In this document: positions 39,099 to 51,463 of the stretch, piece by piece
How positions within the stretch are numbered: the first letter of the stretch is position 1
Layout: the number at the start of each line of letters is the position of its first letter
Notes under the pieces: model-generated
Databases searched by the model: none
Told to the model about the DNA's origin: nothing
The model's input: only the letters and a program-made list of their open reading frames with translations
Assembly: GCA_951406725.2 (NCBI GenBank)
Contig: OX597815.1
Coordinates: forward strand, 151,528,001 to 151,592,000
DNA from: Octopus vulgaris
Taxonomy: Eukaryota
Length of the DNA stretch: 64,000 nt
Direction of reading: 5' to 3'
Position numbers and translations under genes: made by a program

Positions 39099-39812
39099 TT
39101 AACCCCTTGAGAACGGTTTTTTTTTTTCATCAAGCCACTAGGTTGCATTGACAGTAATGGTTTGGCATATATTTACATCAACTGCTTTAACCAGTTTACA
39201 GCAGTGATTCATTCGGTTGCCTGCATATGGCAATGGTAATTGCGCCAATTGAGGTCAGCACTTGGTGCAAGATAACGTTTGGCCTATATTTATGTCATCC
39301 ACTTTAATGCAAGTACTGTTTATTTACCTAGACTTTATACCTGTGCAGGAAGCTCATGCGATATTATTCCTGAATAAGATCACTGGACAGCACAAGTCGG
39401 ATCAACTTCATATATTTACAATCATGTGAATTCAAAAATTGACTTTAGTGTGGTAGAGTTTAAAACAGGGAACCACACACAGTGGCATGACACATTGTGA
39501 ACAACTGTATCTAGTTTCCTTACATTTCCCTTTTGCCTTACATACTGTGCATCTCTTTGAAGAATTTGTCCTTTTGATTCTTTGTTCCCAAGTATTGAAT
39601 CTCTTCCTTGAATCTACTCTATAACGAATTTTGACTGACTTCATACTTCCATGGTTTCCCGTCCAAAGTCCAACATTTTAAGATCTGATCTCACCATTTC
39701 TTCCCATGTTTTCTCTTATCTTTTCTGTACTCTTGTTTTTTCACTTTCTCTGTAATAATAGTTATTTGCAAGTTTTTCTCTTTACCTCAATCAAAAAGAA
39801 TCATAGAATTTC
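39099..39812 (-). mobile_element. piggyBac transposon 3' remnant encoding the C-terminal cysteine-rich domain
   Basis: ORF 39432-39644 ends KRCTVCKAKGKCKETRYSCSQCVMPLCVVPCFKLYHTKVNF (PGBD-type CRD). TTAA-CCC terminus at 39099. Confidence 0.8.
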
Positions 39813-39817
39813 ATATC

Positions 39818-41045
39818 ATCATCATCATTATCATCATTTAATGTCTGCTTTCCATGCTGGCATGGGTTGGACAGTTTGACTGAGGACTGGTGAGCCAGAT
39901 GGCTGCACCAGGCTCCAATCTGATCTGGCAGTTTCTACAGCTGGATGCCCTTCCTAACACCAACCACTCCAAGAGTGTAGTGGGAGCTTTTATGTGTCAC
40001 TGGCATGAGGGCCAGTCAGGCAGTACTGGCGATGGCCATGCTCAAATGGTGGTTTTTATGTGCCACCTGTACAGGAGCCAGTCCAGTGGCACTGGCAACA
40101 ACCTTGCTCGAATGTTGTTTTTCACGTGCCAGTAAGGTAATGCTGGTAACGATCACACTCGAATGGTGCCTTTTATGTGTCACTGGCACAGGAGCCAGTC
40201 AGTGGACTTGGCAACGATTGCGCTTCAATGGCGCTTTTAATGTTCCCCTGGCATGGGTGCCAGTCAGGCAGTGCTGTCTTCAGTCACATCAGCGAATTTG
40301 ATTTTGATTGTGATTTCACTTGCCTTAACAGGTCTTCGCAAGCAAAGTTTAGTGTTCAACGAAAGAAAGGTACGCATAAGTAGGCTGGTTACACTGCTGG
40401 CATAGGCCACAGGTTATGGTCTCACTTGGCTTGCCAGGTCTTCTCAAGCACAGCATATTTCCAAAACTCTTGGTCACTAGTCATTGCCTCGCTGAGGCCC
40501 AATGTTTGAAGGCCGTGCTTCACCACCTCATCCCAGGTCTTCCTTGGTCTACCTCTTCCACAGATTCTCTTAACTGCTAGGGTGTGACACTTTTTCACAC
40601 AGCTGTCCTCATCCATTTGCCCCACCTGACCATACCAGCACAGTTGTCTCTCTTGCACACCACATCTGATGCTTCTTAGGTCCAACTTTTCTCTCAAGGT
40701 GCCTGCACTCTGTTGTGTATGCACACTGACATTACACATCCATCGGAGCATACTGGCTTCATTCCTTACAAGCTTACGCATGTCCTCAGCAGTCATGGCC
40801 TATGCTTCACTGCTATGTAGCATGGCTGTTCATACACGTCATACAGTCTACCTTTTTTCTCTGAGCGAGAGGCCCTTTGTCACTAGCAGGGGTAGGAGCT
40901 CTCTGAACTTTGCCCAGGCTATTCTTATTCTAGCAGCTACTCGTTCAGAGCATCCACCCCTGCTACTGACTTGGTCACCTAGGTAATGGAAGCTGCCAAC
41001 TACTTCTAGTTTTTCTCCTTGGAATGTGACAGAAGTTGTTCTGAA
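39818..41045 (-). mobile_element. RTE LINE family 1, older copy
   Basis: FHYLGDQV, LRWMCNVSV, GRGRPRKTW motifs with frameshifts; decayed 3' UTR units; (ATC)n tail. Confidence 0.85.
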
Positions 41046-41594
41046 ATCCTCATTATCATACATCTGCTTTCTTTTCTAGTGTGAAAGTCCCCTGTATTGC
41101 TCTTTTATATTTGTATTTAAAATCCACGCAGTTTACTTTGCAACTGTATGATTTCGGGTTCCATCACTGCATGGTACTTTGGGCTACAAAAGATAAAAGA
41201 TAAGAGCTGGTGACAGAGAGGACATCCAGCTGTAGACTTGTGCCTCAGTAAGTTTTATCCAACCCTTGCAGCCTGCAAAGAGCAGATATAAAACGGTGGG
41301 GTGTTGATGACAGCAATAACGATGACCATAATGGTGATAATGAAATATTATTCTTTTACTTGTTTCAGTCATTTGACTGTGGCCATGCTGGAGCACTGCC
41401 ATTAGTCAAACAAATTGACCCCAGGACTTATTGTTTGTAAGCCTAGTATTTATTCTGTTGGTCTCTTCTGCTGAACTGCTAAATTATGGGAACATAAACA
41501 CACCAACATTGGTTGTCAAGTGATGGAGGGAGGACAGACACACACACACACACACACACAAAGTTATACATACATAGATATATATATATATATC

Positions 41595-41638
<44 letters not shown>

Positions 41639-42141
41639 TCATCATCATCGTTTAGCGTCCGTTTTCCATGCTAGCATGGGTTGGACGGTTCTACTGGGGT
41701 CTGTGAAGCCAGAAGGCTTCATCAGGCCCAGTCAAATCTGGCAGTGTTTCGACGGCTGGATGCCCTTCCTAACGCCAACCACTCCGTGAGTGTAGTGGGT
41801 GCTTTTTACGTGCCACCCGCACAGGTGCCAGACAGAGCTGGCAAACGGCCACGAACGGATGGTGCTTTTTATGTGCCACCAGCACGAGGGCCGGTCGAGG
41901 CTGGCAACGGACACAAACGGATGGTGCTTTTTACGTGCCACCGGCACGAGGCCAGTCGGGGCGGCGCTGGCAACGGTCGCGAAACGGAAGGTTCTCTTAC
42001 TAGCCACCGGCACTGGTAACACATCTGCAATTTCCATTGATCGATTTCGATTCTGATCCTCACTTGCCTCAACAGGTCTTCACAAGTAGAGTTTCAACAT
42101 GCCACCGGCACTGGTAACACATCTGCAATTTCCATTGATCG

Positions 42142-42189
<48 letters not shown>

Positions 42190-42441
42190 TACATACAAGC
42201 TTCTTTCAGTTTCCACCTACCAAATCCACTCACAAGGCTTTGGTTAGCCTGAGGCTATAGCAGAAGATACTTGCCCAAGGTGCCATGCAGTGGGACTGAA
42301 CCCAGAACCATGTGGTTAGGAAGCAAGCTTCTTACCACACAGCCATTCCTGTGCCTATATTCTACATGTAATTATATTTTCTTAATATAATTCTACAGCA
42401 TGTACTTATCATATTTTTCACTTGTAATTCTCCATTTGTAG

Positions 42442-42533
42442 CATAAACATGCAGTATATGTGCAGACTTGTAAACTATTTGCTGACTTAGAGCGATTGCG
42501 TCAAGAGAAAGAAGCCAAAGAAATGCATGAAAG
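42442..42533 (+). CDS. DNAJC8: DNAJC8-like coding exon 7: HKHAVYVQTCKLFADLERLRQEKEAKEMHE(R)
   Basis: ttgtag acceptor, 92 nt, phase 2 donor gtaaag. AVY.QT.KLFA.LE...EAKEMHER matches DNAJC8. Confidence 0.94.
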
Positions 42534-42804
42534 GTAAAGTTTCCTATATCATTATTATTATTATTATTATTATTATTGTTATTATTGTTATTATTATTAA
42601 GGCAGTGAGCTGGCAGAATTGTTAGCATGCTGGATGAAATGTTTAGTGGTATTCACCTGTCACATTCTGAGTTCAAATCCTGCCACGGTCGACTTTGGCT
42701 TTCATCCTTTTGAGGTTCATAAAATAAGCACCAGTGGAACACAGGTTGATGTAATCGACTCATTCCCTCATCCCACAAGCTGCCCTTGTGGCAAAAATTT
42801 GAAA

Positions 42805-42834
42805 TAATAATAATAATAATTATTATTATTAATA

Positions 42835-42865
<31 letters not shown>

Positions 42866-42870
42866 ATTAC

Positions 42871-42902
<32 letters not shown>

Positions 42903-42934
42903 GCTAAATAACATCAGGGCATTTATTATTATTA

Positions 42935-42983
<49 letters not shown>

Positions 42984-42996
42984 ATTATTATTATTA
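42805..42996. repeat. (TAT)n microsatellite
   Basis: Long interrupted ATT run between SINE A copies. Confidence 0.9.
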
Positions 42997-45408
42997 AGGT
43001 GGTGAGCAGGCAGAATCGTTTGCACGCTGGGCAAAATGCTTAGTGATGTTTTGCCCATCACTATGTTCTGAGTTCAAACTCTGCTAGGGTCGACTTTACC
43101 TTTCGTCCTTTCAGAGTCGATAAAACAAGTACCAGTCAAGTACTAGAGTTGATGTGATTGACTCCCCCAACTCCAATATTTCAGGCCTTGTGCCTACAGT
43201 AGAAAGGATTATTATTATCATTGTTATTATTTTATTATCGTTGTGTAAAAGCATGTGACCTAGTGGTTAGGGTGTTGCACTCACAATCACTTGATTGTGG
43301 TTTCAATTCCTGGACCAGGTGGTGTATTGTGTTCTCCAGTCAAACACTTTGTGTTGCCCCAGTCCACTCAGCTGTAGGGGATGCTGTGATCCCTGTCTTT
43401 TAGGTGCCATAGAAACTGGGTAACTGGTCCCATGAGCTCTCGGACTTGCAGACAGTAACGTCCAGGGTACACTGATTATTATTATTATTATTGTTGTTTT
43501 TGTTAAGGTGGTGTGCTGGCAGAATTGCCTATAAGCATTTTGTCTGGCTTTATGGTCTGAGTTCAGATACCACTGGGGTCACCTTTCATCCTTTCAGGAT
43601 TGATCAAATAAGTACCAGTTGACAACAGGGGTCAAAGTAGTTGACTAATCCTCTCCTTCACAATTTCAGGCCTTGTGCCTATATTAAAAAGGATATTATC
43701 ATTGAAGGCAAAGTGGTTGAGTTCCTTTTGAGTGTTGGGCCTCATCGAGGCAATGACCAAGACTCTTGTAGAATATTAGATTTAAAAAAAAACCCTTGTT
43801 GGGAAAAAGTTAAAGGCTGCTTATGGAACACAAACCTTCCATCTTTGAATATGTCATTTGTCCTACCTTATATATTACAGTAACATTTTGAATCTTTGTT
43901 CTTATCAGCAAGAATTGTATGTTGGTTTATCATCATCATCAAATTCAATGTCCGTTTTCCATATGGACGTAGGTTTGGACAGTTTGACAAGAACCGGCAT
44001 GGGCTGGGTCCACACTAGTCTGTTTTGGCTTGGTTTCTATGGCTGGATGCCCTTCCTAGCACCAACCACTTTACAGAGTGTACTGGGTGCTTTTTACATG
44101 GCACCAGCACCCACACCAATGCTTTTATGTGACACTTTGGTTTTAGGATCTCAATCCTATTGTGGTGGCGTGTCTCGAGTACAGCAATGCACCACATATC
44201 TTGGCCCCACTGTCATGTCCTTTGTAAGTTTCAGCATTTTGAGGTCGGCCTTCAGTATTTCATCCCATGTTTTCCTGAGTCTTCCTCTGACACAACTTTT
44301 CTTAAATTATAAGAATTTAGAAGATTGAAGAGATACAAAGTAAATCATTTTTAACAGTGAATAACCCTATATATAAAAGCATGTAGGATATTTGGTAAAA
44401 AAAAATCTCTTTTAGATGGGGAAAAGTCAAAAGCTGCTCCAATCTAGGTTTTTTCTTTAACCCCATATTCAACATAGGCATAAGTGTGGCACTGTGGTTG
44501 CTTCCCAACCACATGGTTCTGGGTTCGGTCCTACTGCATGGAACCTTGGACAAGTGTCTTCTAATATAGCCTTGGGCTGACCAAAGTCTTGTCAGTGGAT
44601 TTGGTAAACAGAAACTGAAAGAAGTGTGTGTGTTGTCTTCCACCACTGCTTAGCAATCGGTGTTGGTGTGTTTATGTCCCTGTAACTTAGTGGTTCAGTA
44701 AAAGAGATTGATAGAATTAGTACCAGGCATAAAATAACAGTATGTACTAGGGTCGATTCATTCAACTAGAAATTCTTGAAGGAGGTGCCCCAGCATGGCT
44801 GCAGTCTAATGACTGAAACAATTAGAAAACATTTTGTTATTGATAGCTTCATAACCCGTGGCCTTTACCTGGGATGTAGCCAGTCCACTTATGCATACCT
44901 TTCCTTCTTGGGACTCAAAACTCTGCTTGCGAAGACCTGTTGAGGCAAGTGAAATGGAAATTGATAAAAAATCAATGGAAATTGTAATTGTGATATCAGT
45001 GCTGGTGGCACATAAGAGAACCATCCGAACGCGGCCGTTGCCAGCGCCACCTCGACTGGCCTCCGTGCCGGTGGCACGTAAAAACCACCAACCTATCGTG
45101 GCTGTTGCCAGCCTCGTCTGGCACCTGTGCCGGTGGCATGTAAAAAGCACCCACTACACTCACGGAGTGGTTGGCGTTAGGAAGGGCATCCAGCTGTAGA
45201 AACACTGCCAGATCAGACTGGGCCTGATGCAGCCTTCTGGCTTCCCAGACCCCGGTCGAACCGTCCAACCCGTGCTAGCATGGAAAGCAGACGTTAAACG
45301 ATGATGATGAGTTCCATCGTTAGGAATGATTTATTTTATATTGTGTATGTATTTTTATTGATTAATTATGATATATATTTTCATTGGTTAATGTGTATCA
45401 CATTACAG

Positions 45409-45484
45409 GAAGAGGAAAGCAGAAGAAGAAATTTTAGATGCAGAAAAAAGAAAAGTTGAAGCAGAATGGCAGAAAAACTATGAA
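45409..45484 (+). CDS. DNAJC8: DNAJC8-like coding exon 8: (R)KRKAEEEILDAEKRKVEAEWQKNYE
   Basis: tacag acceptor, 76 nt, completes the phase-2 Arg codon, gtaagt donor. EWQKN(Y/F)E motif. Confidence 0.94.
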
Positions 45485-46159
45485 GTAAGTTGTCTAGACA
45501 CTGTGGACCAGATGTGTGTGTGCGTAGTATGTATTTAAGCAGTGTAGATATTTATATTCCTTCAGACAGGAGTTCAGTCTGTTTATGTGTATGTCTTGTA
45601 ACCATTTCCTAGGTACTCTGTGTCAGAGGAGTTGTGATTAAGGTTGGCAAAGATATAGACTGGATTTAGAAGACATTTGCTATTATCCTGTGCATGTGGT
45701 ACCTTTGAGGGTAGCATCACATTTATATATATATGTATGTATGTATGTATGTGTATATGTATGTATGTGTATATATATATATGTATGTATGTATATATAT
45801 GTATGTATGTATGTATATATGTATATATGTATGTATATATGTATGTATATATATGTATATATGTATGTATATATGTATATATATATATATATATGTATAT
45901 ATATCATCATCATCATCATCATCATCATCATCGTTTAACGTCCGTTTTCCGCGCTAGCACGGGTTGGACGGTTTCGACCAGGGTCTGGGGAGCTCGGGAC
46001 TGCCCCAGGCTCCAGTCTAGTCTGGCAGTGTTTCTACAGCTGGATGCCCTTCCTAACGCCAACCACTCCGCGAGTGTAGTGGGTGTTTTTACGTGCCACC
46101 TGCACAGGTGCCAGAGGGGTCTGGCATCGGCCACGTTCGGATGGTGCTTTTTATGTGGG

Positions 46160-47282
46160 GGGGGGTGCAGAAATATAGGGGAGCACCAGTGGGGAGGGGT
46201 GGTTCAGAGAAATGATGACAGGTTCTAGGCAAGTAGAACGTAGGATATCGAGAGAGGGGTAATGCATGGTGAAATAGCGTATTGAAGAGGAGGGTTCGAA
46301 GAGTAGACACCTATAATGGTGGTGGGAGAAGCGACATCCGGTATAGATGGAGCAAAATATAGAGATATCCGGTATTGGTGGTGGGGGTGGGCAGGGCGGG
46401 TGCACCGCGAAGATACGAAGTTTGATTTTAGACGAATGAAGATAGATAGATAGATAGAGAAATTAGATAGATAGAGAAATTAGATAGATAGAGAAATTTG
46501 ATAAATAGTTAGACAGATAGAGAAACATAAGAGGGAGTATCCGGTGTAGATGGTGAGAACAGTGTTCACCAGTATTGGTGGTGGGGGTGGGAGGGCGGGT
46601 TCACCGGTATTGGTGGTGGGGGTGGGAGGGCGGGTTCACCGGTATTGGTGGTGGGGGTGAGGGCGGCGCATTGGGAGAAGAGAGGTTTTTGGGAGAAGAT
46701 GAGGTTTTAGGCGGCAGAAAGAAGACAGGATTGAGATGAAATGCTTTGGGGTGGTGTGAATAAGTTTTTGTGAGTGAAAGTTTTTATGCTTCAGCTAGCA
46801 TTTGAGACGAAAGACAACGATAACGCTATTAGATGGGGATACAATAATAATAAGGCTTGCAAAAACAATGAAAAGAGGAAACAGGTCGGGAACTTAGCTT
46901 GATGTTTTTCATCCTGCGGTATTGGCTAAGCCTGTGGAAGCGAGTGAAGGTGAGATATATACCGAGAGAGAGAGAGAGAGAGACAGTGAAAACAGAGGGA
47001 GAACCGACACCACATAGCGAGAGAGAGAGAGAGACATAGTGACACTGCGCATTGGGAAATGAGGTTTTAGGCGGCAGAAAGAAGACAGGATTGAGATGAA
47101 ATGCTTTGCGGTGGTGTGAATAAGTTTTTGTGAGTGAAAGTTTTCATGCTTCAGCTAGCATTTGAGACGAAAGACAACGATAACGCTATTAGATGGGGAT
47201 ACAATAATAATAAGGCTTGCAAAAACAATGAAAAGAGGAAACAGGTCGGGAACTTAGCTTGATGTTTTTCATCCTGCGGTAT

Positions 47283-47284
<2 letters not shown>
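46160..47284. repeat. Unclassified GC/CpG-rich element with 226-bp direct repeats and a G-rich ~34-bp tandem
   Basis: 46699-46924 and 47059-47284 differ at about 2 positions; caccggtattggtggtgggggtgggagggcgggtt is repeated at ~46565-46665. Confidence 0.7.
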
Positions 47285-47324
<40 letters not shown>

Positions 47325-47558
47325 ATATGTATGTATATATGTATGTATATATGTATGTATATATGTATGTATATATGTATATATATATATATGTATATAT
47401 AAAAATATGTATATATATATATATATATATATGTGTGCGTATATGTATATGTGTGTATATGTATGTATGTATATATGTATGTATATGTATGTATATATAT
47501 ATATGTATATATAAAAATATGTATATATATATATGTGTGTATATGTGTATATATGTAT

Positions 47559-47611
<53 letters not shown>

Positions 47612-47625
47612 CATACATATATATA
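47285..47625. repeat. Compound (TA)/(TATG) microsatellite
   Basis: Read directly. Similar blocks at 45725-45903, 51590-51975 and 63505-64000. Confidence 0.95.
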
Positions 47626-49286
47626 AGTTTCAGGTGTGGAAGCAAGGTTTAGAATCGAAGGGCCTTAGAGTCAACCTAGCTAAAACCAAAGTCGTAATAA
47701 GTAGGAAGGTAGACAAATCACAAACGCCTTCAGGTAGATGGCCCTGCTCGATCTGTAGAAAAGGTGTAGGTAGAAACTCTATAAGATGCACCAAGTGTAA
47801 GCTATAGACACATAAGAGGTGCAGCAATGTCATAGGAAGGCTAACTAGGAAGATGGTTTTTGTATGTGGCAGATGCTCGGGAGCATTAACCTCTGAAAAT
47901 CTGCAGAAAACAACTTCTGTCACTTTCCAGGGGGAAAAACTAGTAGTAGTTGATAGCTTCCGTTATCTTGGTGACCAAGTCAGTAGTGGGGGTGGGTGTG
48001 CTGAAAGTGTAACGGCTCGAGTAAGAATAGCCTGGGCAAAGTTTAGGGAGCTCTTACCTCTGTTGGTGACTAAAGGCCTCTCGCTCAGAGTAAAAGGCAG
48101 ACTGTATGATGCATGTGTACGAACAGCCATGCTACATGGCAGTGAAACATGGGCTGTGACTGCTGAGGACATGCGTAAGCTCGCGAGAAATGAAGCTAGT
48201 ATGCTCCGTTGGATGTGTAATGTCAGTGTTCATAGTCGACAGAGTGTAAGTACCTTGAGAGAAAAGTTGGACCTAAGAGGCATCAGATGTTGTGTGCAAG
48301 AGAGACGATTGCGCTGGTATGGTCATGTGGCGAGAATGGATGAAGATAGGTGTGTGAAAAAGTGCCACACCCTGGCAGTTGAGGGGACCTGTGGAAGAGG
48401 TAGACCCAGGAAAACCTGGGTCGAGGTGGTGAAGCACGACCTTCGAACTCTAGGTCTCACCAAGGAAATGACCAGAGACCGAGACCTATGGAAGTATGCT
48501 GTGCGTCAGAAGACCCGGCAAGACCAGTGAGAACAATCAAAATCAAATCATATATCAGAAATAAGGGGTTAAGTGACCCATCCGTTCGTGTCCGCTGTCA
48601 GCCTCGTCTGGTACCCGTGTCGGTGATATGTAAAAGCACCATTCGCTCGTGGCCGTTTGCCAGCTCTGTCTGGCCCCCGTGTCAGTGGCACGTAAAAGCA
48701 CCATCCGTTCGTGTTCGCTGCCAGCCTTGCCTGGCCCCGTGCCGGTGACATGTAAAAGCACCGTCCGTTCGTGGCCGTTTGCCAGCTCTGTCTGGCCCCG
48801 TGTCGGTGGCACGTAAAAGCACCATCTGTTCGTGTCCGTTGCCAGCCTCGGCTGGCCCCCGTGCCGGTGACACGTAAAAGCACCGTCCGTTCGTGGCCGT
48901 GTGCCAGCTCTGTCTGGCAACCGTGTCGGTGGCACGTAAAAGCACCATCCGTTCGTGTCCGTTGCCAGCCTCGGCTGGCCCCCATGCCGGTGACACGTAA
49001 AAGCACCGTCCGTTCGTGTCCGTTGCCAGCATCGCCTGGCCCCGTGCCGGTGACACGTAAAAGCACCATCCGTTCGTGGCCGTTTGCCAGCTCTGTCTGG
49101 CACCTGTGCAGGTGGCACGTAAAAAACACCCACTACACTCGCAGAGTGGTTGGCGTTAGGAAGGGCATCCAGCCGTAGAAACACTGCCAGATCTGACTGG
49201 GCCTGACGAAGCCTTCCAGCTTCACAGACCCCAGTTGACCCATCCAACCCATGCTAGCATGGAAAGCGGATGCTAAATGATGATGA
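47626..49286 (+). mobile_element. RTE LINE family 1 copy with a 9-unit 3' UTR array
   Basis: [26 protein letters not shown]..; stop at ~47805; ORF end at 48530; nine ~61-bp units at 48578-49128; GAT tail. Confidence 0.92.
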
Positions 49287-49307
49287 TATATATATATATA
49301 TATGTGT

Positions 49308-50439
49308 ATATAACATTGCAGGCAGAACTGCACTGTTAATGAGGTTGGCGCAGGTGGTCTTGTCCAACCTTCCCTTGAGCACATCCCTTATGCTATTGAA
49401 TGCCTTCCATCCGGCCCTTACTCTCCGTGAGATCTCCTTTTTGATATCCCGGCACATATTTACTTCCTGTCCCAGGTAGACATATTCCCTCACCTCCTCT
49501 ATTTTATCACTGCCGATCACCATTCGACCTGTTGGTACATTGTCTGACCGCATGAACTTTGTTTTCATGCGGTTCATCTTGAGACCTACTGCAGAATTTT
49601 TGATGTCGAGCTCCGTCAGCATGGTCTGAAGCTGATCCATGTTTTCAGCGATGACTACGATGTCGTCAGCGAAACGGAAGTGAGTGAGGAGCTCGCCATT
49701 GATGTTGACACCACCTTGCCAGTCGATGCCTCTGATGATCTGTTCGAGACATGCAGTGAAAAGTTTTGGGGAGATTGTATCTCCTTGTTTCACTCCCTTC
49801 TCGACCGGCACTCGTATGGGTGATGACAGTAGAGCTATGTCGGTGGTGCATCCGGAATTTGCCTCTGAGCAGCTGCACATATTGCGTTTCGATTCCTTCG
49901 ACGCTATCAAAGGCCTTCTCATAATCTATAAACGCAACACAAAGAGGCAGCTTGTACTCATTTGTTCGCTCAAGCAGTTGTGTTAGAGTAAATATATGGT
50001 CCATTGTGCTGTATGGTAGTGAAACATGGGCTACCACAAAGAGAGAAGAGCAAAGACTGGTAACGGCTCAAATAGCCATGGGAAGGTCAATGCTTGGTAT
50101 CTCGTTGAGAGAGCACATAAGTAGCAAGATTATCAGAAAGAAGTCCGGCGTGGGAGATGTCATTGCAGAGTATACACGCAGCTAGTATAGATGGGCTGGG
50201 CACGTCGCCCGGCTCACCGATAATCAGTGGACGCATGCAGTTGTCGAGTGGTACCCGCGTGAGCGGAAAAGACCACCCGGAAGACCTCCACGACGGTGGA
50301 GTTACGATTTCAGGAGGACGATTGGATTGGGATGACGTGGATGAGAAAGGCGCGATCCAGAGAGGAGTAGACAGCGTGCTGTGACCAGCGGTGTCAAATG
50401 GACGCCTGACGGACTGGTCGGTCAAGGTGATCAAGGTGA
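49308..50439. mobile_element. RTE LINE family 2 with 5' inversion (minus 49308-~50009, plus ~50006-50439)
   Basis: Minus part runs DYEKAFDSVE, GVKQGDTISPKLF, FADD, YVYLG and ends LPAMLY. Plus part starts LYGSETW and runs RWAGHVAR, RPPGRPPRRW to a (TCAAGGTGA)2 tail. Confidence 0.9.
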
Positions 50440-50447
50440 TATATGTG

Positions 50448-50478
<31 letters not shown>

Positions 50479-51358
50479 GTATATATATATCTATGTATAT
50501 ATATATTTATATATATTTATATATATATATATGTATATATATGTATGTATGTAGCCATGAATTTACAGTTAGTCTCTTGAATCTAAGCAATTGTACTTGC
50601 AAGAAGTTATACACACTTATGCTCTGCTGGACCTTGTGTGTGATGTGTGGCTGCACGGTAAGAAATTTACTTCCCCAGCTCATAGTTTTGGTTTCAGTCT
50701 CACTGCTTGGCATCTTGGGCACGTGTCTTCTACTTTAGGCTTGAACTAACCAACCCTTGTGAGTGGATTTTGTTGGTGGAGACTAAAAAGAGGTCTGTCC
50801 TATGTGTATATGTGCATGTATCTGTTACCATCTCTTTGCCTTTATATTGCTTGAGAGTTGTATCACCGCCATGCAAGCAGCATTCTTCAGTTTCAATCTT
50901 CCATAAAAACATGTCTGGTCATGGAGAAATATCACTTGACTTGGAAACCGTAGGGCTTGGCAACAGGAAGGGCATCCAGCCATAGAAAATCTGCCACAAG
51001 ACATTGGACAAGTGTCTTCTATAGCCTCGTGCTCACTAAAGCCTTGTGATTGGATTTGATAGACAGAAGCTGAAAGAAGCCTTTTGTGTATGTGCATGTT
51101 TGTTTCCCTCACCACCACTTGACAACCACTGTTGGTGTGTTTACATCCCCATAACTTAACAGTTTGGCAAAAGAGATGTATAAGATAAGACCAGGCTTTA
51201 AAAAAAATTAGGCCTGGGGTTGCTTCATTCGGCTAAAAATTCTACAAGGCAATGCCTAAACATGGCCTTAATTTAATGATTGAAACAAGTAAGAGATAAA
51301 ATCTATCACTTTGAATATTGGATGATGATCAATTGATCATGGTTTATTTTATTTGCAG

Positions 51359-51463
51359 GAAAGTCGTAAAGAACGTGTCAACAGCTGGCGAAATTGGAAG
51401 GCAGGTGGCAAAAAAGCCAAAGGTTTGTTTCGTCCCCCTAAACACAAGGCAGAGCAAAGATGA
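51359..51463 (+). CDS. DNAJC8: DNAJC8-like last coding exon: ESRKERVNSWRNWKAGGKKAKGLFRPPKHKAEQR-stop
   Basis: tttgcag acceptor. ESR..RV.SWR and RPPK.K.EQR C-terminus typical of DNAJC8; TGA at 51461-51463. Confidence 0.94.
   Translation, partial: ESRKERVNSWRNWKAGGKKAKGLFRPPKHKAEQR

Noticed and set aside
46699-47284. LTR pair of a TRIM retrotransposon
   Set aside because: No TG...CA termini, primer-binding site or TSD identified.
45677-47807. Long ORFs rich in Y/I/M/C/V/H/T (also 51438-52040 and 63412-63820)
   Set aside because: Translations of TA/TATG/CA microsatellites.
48555-49247. Repetitive 130-230 aa ORFs (CHRHRCQTRLA type)
   Set aside because: Stop-poor GC-rich tandem units read in several frames on both strands; no coding signal.
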